Both the position numbers and the translations under genes were made by a program. A DNA stretch of 64,000 bases, from the NCBI GenBank assembly GCA_045536565.1, contig JAZSNU010000011.1:1-64000 (forward strand), in the 5' to 3' direction. This document shows positions 62,037 through 64,000 of this stretch, in pieces (the stretch's first letter is position 1; each line of letters begins with the position of its first letter). Under the pieces are notes generated by a model. The model ran no database searches. It was not told where the DNA came from and saw nothing but the letters and a program-made list of their open reading frames with translations. The stretch comes from Clostridia bacterium. GTDB lineage: Bacteria > Bacillota > Clostridia > TANB77 > CAG-465.

Positions 62037-63305
62037 TTATTTTGTTAATTTATAATTTATATCTTTTTCCGCATATTGTTCTGGTTTTAAACCCAATCTA
62101 GGACGCATATAATCTAAGATAAGTAGTATAGTCATAATGAAGATTACACCAAATATAACATATGCAATTCCTATGTTTGTAATTTCTAGAAGTTTACTTG
62201 CTAAAAATAATAGTGAAAATGTACCAAGCATTTCGGATAAATAATATACAGACATTATTTTAGGTCTTATAGCACTAGTAGTGAAGTTGTTTAAATATTT
62301 TTTCATTATAACTCTATAACTTCCTTTGAAAAAGTTTTGCAAAGCAAAAACTATAAATCCTATAAATAATAATATATTTGTATTAAATCCTATCAGATGA
62401 GGTATACCTACAAACAAGAAAACAGAAATATATATAATAGATATATATGCTAATGTTTTTTTCTTTTTCTTATCTTGGAATTTATCTTGGTATGAAGAAC
62501 CTATTGCGGATATTATGCTAAGCGCTGATGTTATAAGTCCAAACATAACAGATGATACTTCTATGTCTGTCATGAAAGCCTTTGAAAAGTTGTTTGCAAC
62601 AGAAACTACTCCTGCAAAAACACAAGCAAAGACAAGTAACGCTTTCATTCTTTCACTTTTAAATATAAATTTAAATCCAAGTTTCATATCTTCTATATAT
62701 TCAGTATGACTTAATTCTTTATTGTTTTTTGTCATTATTGTACTTTCGTCAAATTTAAATGATAATATTGTAGATGTAAGCATTGATAGAGCGCATAGTA
62801 CAATAGGTATATATGGGTTTATTACATATAAATAACCTGATATTATAGAGGCAACAGCTTCTGTATAAAAATAGTATGAAGAACCTTTCGCTTCAACTTT
62901 TGCTGAATCATTCTCTATATGTTCTTTTTTCATAATTGTAAATAGGAAAGGGGATTCGGATACACTTTTTAGAGCAAATCCAAATGCCATTTGGATGTCT
63001 CCTAGCATTACAGTTGAAAAAGAATTTGCTATTATATATGTAAGTACGCCAGTTGTACAAAATATGTTTCCTAAAACAATACATTTTTTATATCCTATTT
63101 TATCAACAACAAATGTTACGGGTATTTGAAATATCATTTGAAAAGCACTATACAAAGAACTAAGTAAAACAATATTAGCAACTGATATTCCTTTTACATT
63201 GTGCAAAAAAAGCATTTGTATTGCATAATAGAATAATAAATCGTACGCAAATAATTTATATATTGGAAATAATTTAATGTTTTTAAAATTTATTTTAGAT
63301 TCCAC
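62037..63305 (-). CDS. MFS transporter
   Basis: About 12 TMs; DKIGYKK motif-A-like loop. Confidence 0.88.
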   Translation of the reverse strand: MESKINFKNIKLFPIYKLFAYDLLFYYAIQMLFLHNVKGISVANIVLLSSLYSAFQMIFQIPVTFVVDKIGYKKCIVLGNIFCTTGVLTYIIANSFSTVMLGDIQMAFGFALKSVSESPFLFTIMKKEHIENDSAKVEAKGSSYYFYTEAVASIISGYLYVINPYIPIVLCALSMLTSTILSFKFDESTIMTKNNKELSHTEYIEDMKLGFKFIFKSERMKALLVFACVFAGVVSVANNFSKAFMTDIEVSSVMFGLITSALSIISAIGSSYQDKFQDKKKKKTLAYISIIYISVFLFVGIPHLIGFNTNILLFIGFIVFALQNFFKGSYRVIMKKYLNNFTTSAIRPKIMSVYYLSEMLGTFSLLFLASKLLEITNIGIAYVIFGVIFIMTILLILDYMRPRLGLKPEQYAEKDINYKLTK

Positions 63306-63450
63306 TTTTATAACCTCTCATATGTATATATAAAAATTATATTAAAAGTAAAAAGATAATTCAATATAAAGCACAAAAAAATAGGAGAAATCTCAAAAAA
63401 ATGTAAGAAAAAACTACTGAAATAAAAGTATTATTCCAATAGATAAATAG

Positions 63451-63651
63451 TTATATAGTCCAGCTTTTAATATCTTTTAATGCAAAACCTCTTTCAGCAC
63501 CTTTTTCTATATCAATAGCATTTAAAATCCATTGTTCTTCTTTATGCCAATCAGTAGATTTAAATTCAATATTAATAGGCAATATTTTTCTAGTTCTAGT
63601 TTCATCTTTCCAGTTAGTATAAAGTATTTTAACAATTTTATCTTTATCCAT
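63451..63651 (-). CDS. Stand-alone small WYL-like domain protein
   Basis: ILYTNWKDETRTRKILP...WILNAIDIEKGAERGFALKDI; ATG at 63651 after GAGGTG. Confidence 0.72.
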   Translation of the reverse strand: MDKDKIVKILYTNWKDETRTRKILPINIEFKSTDWHKEEQWILNAIDIEKGAERGFALKDIKSWTI

Positions 63652-63870
63652 AAAATCACCTCTTATACATATAAAATACAAAAATTAATCAATAGTTTCA
63701 TAATAATACGATGTTTCAATACCTTTGAATATTGTATATAAATCAAAATTATAAATATCATTACTTGAAAATAATTTTTTGCATTTTCTAAATATTTTAT
63801 ATCAATTTTATTCATATAAAACATTTCATATATACAATAAGCCCATCCGTATGGTTGGGCTCAATAAATT

Positions 63871-63944
63871 TGGCAGGGGTAGAGAGATTCGAACTCCCAT
63901 GAACGGTTTTGGAGACCGGCATGCTACCATTGCATCATACCCCT
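63871..63944 (-). tRNA. tRNA-Trp (CCA)
   Basis: Reverse complement AGGGGTA...CTCCAAA anticodon loop...GTTCGAATC...TACCCCTGCCA. Confidence 0.97.
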
Positions 63945-64000
63945 TTATTTAATACTTGTATAGTATAACATATAAATGATAAAAATATCAATACTAAAAT

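Overview
This is an AT-rich chromosomal segment, most likely from a sporulating Clostridia-type Firmicute (spoIIID, clostridial-style YvcK, PilMN fusion); the lineage is inference. The housekeeping backbone is cysE, cls, murC, murE-like, murB, pflBA, dnaE, groESL, ruvC, ftsY, engB, serS, a Clp ATPase and three tRNAs (Leu-CAA, Thr-CGT, Trp-CCA). Accessory units are interspersed. These are a PspA + GIDE/BAM-domain + zinc-ribbon membrane-protein operon, an Rpn nuclease flanked by duplicated hairpins, tandem Stealth genes, a phage T4 gp30.3-like NADAR, a Fic gene followed by a 40-bp palindromic array, a pilin-LRR fusion gene and a type IV pilus locus. The three strongest leads: (1) a PilD N-terminal domain fused in front of an intact internal prepilin cleavage site, in a pilus system whose other pilins lack Glu5; (2) a promoter, micro-ORF, (AC)n tract and terminator unit upstream of the pilin-LRR gene, where a 2-nt slip would move the stop codon into the terminator stem; (3) the PspA(ESCRT-III)-GIDE operon. 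All family calls come from motif recognition by eye; no database search was run.
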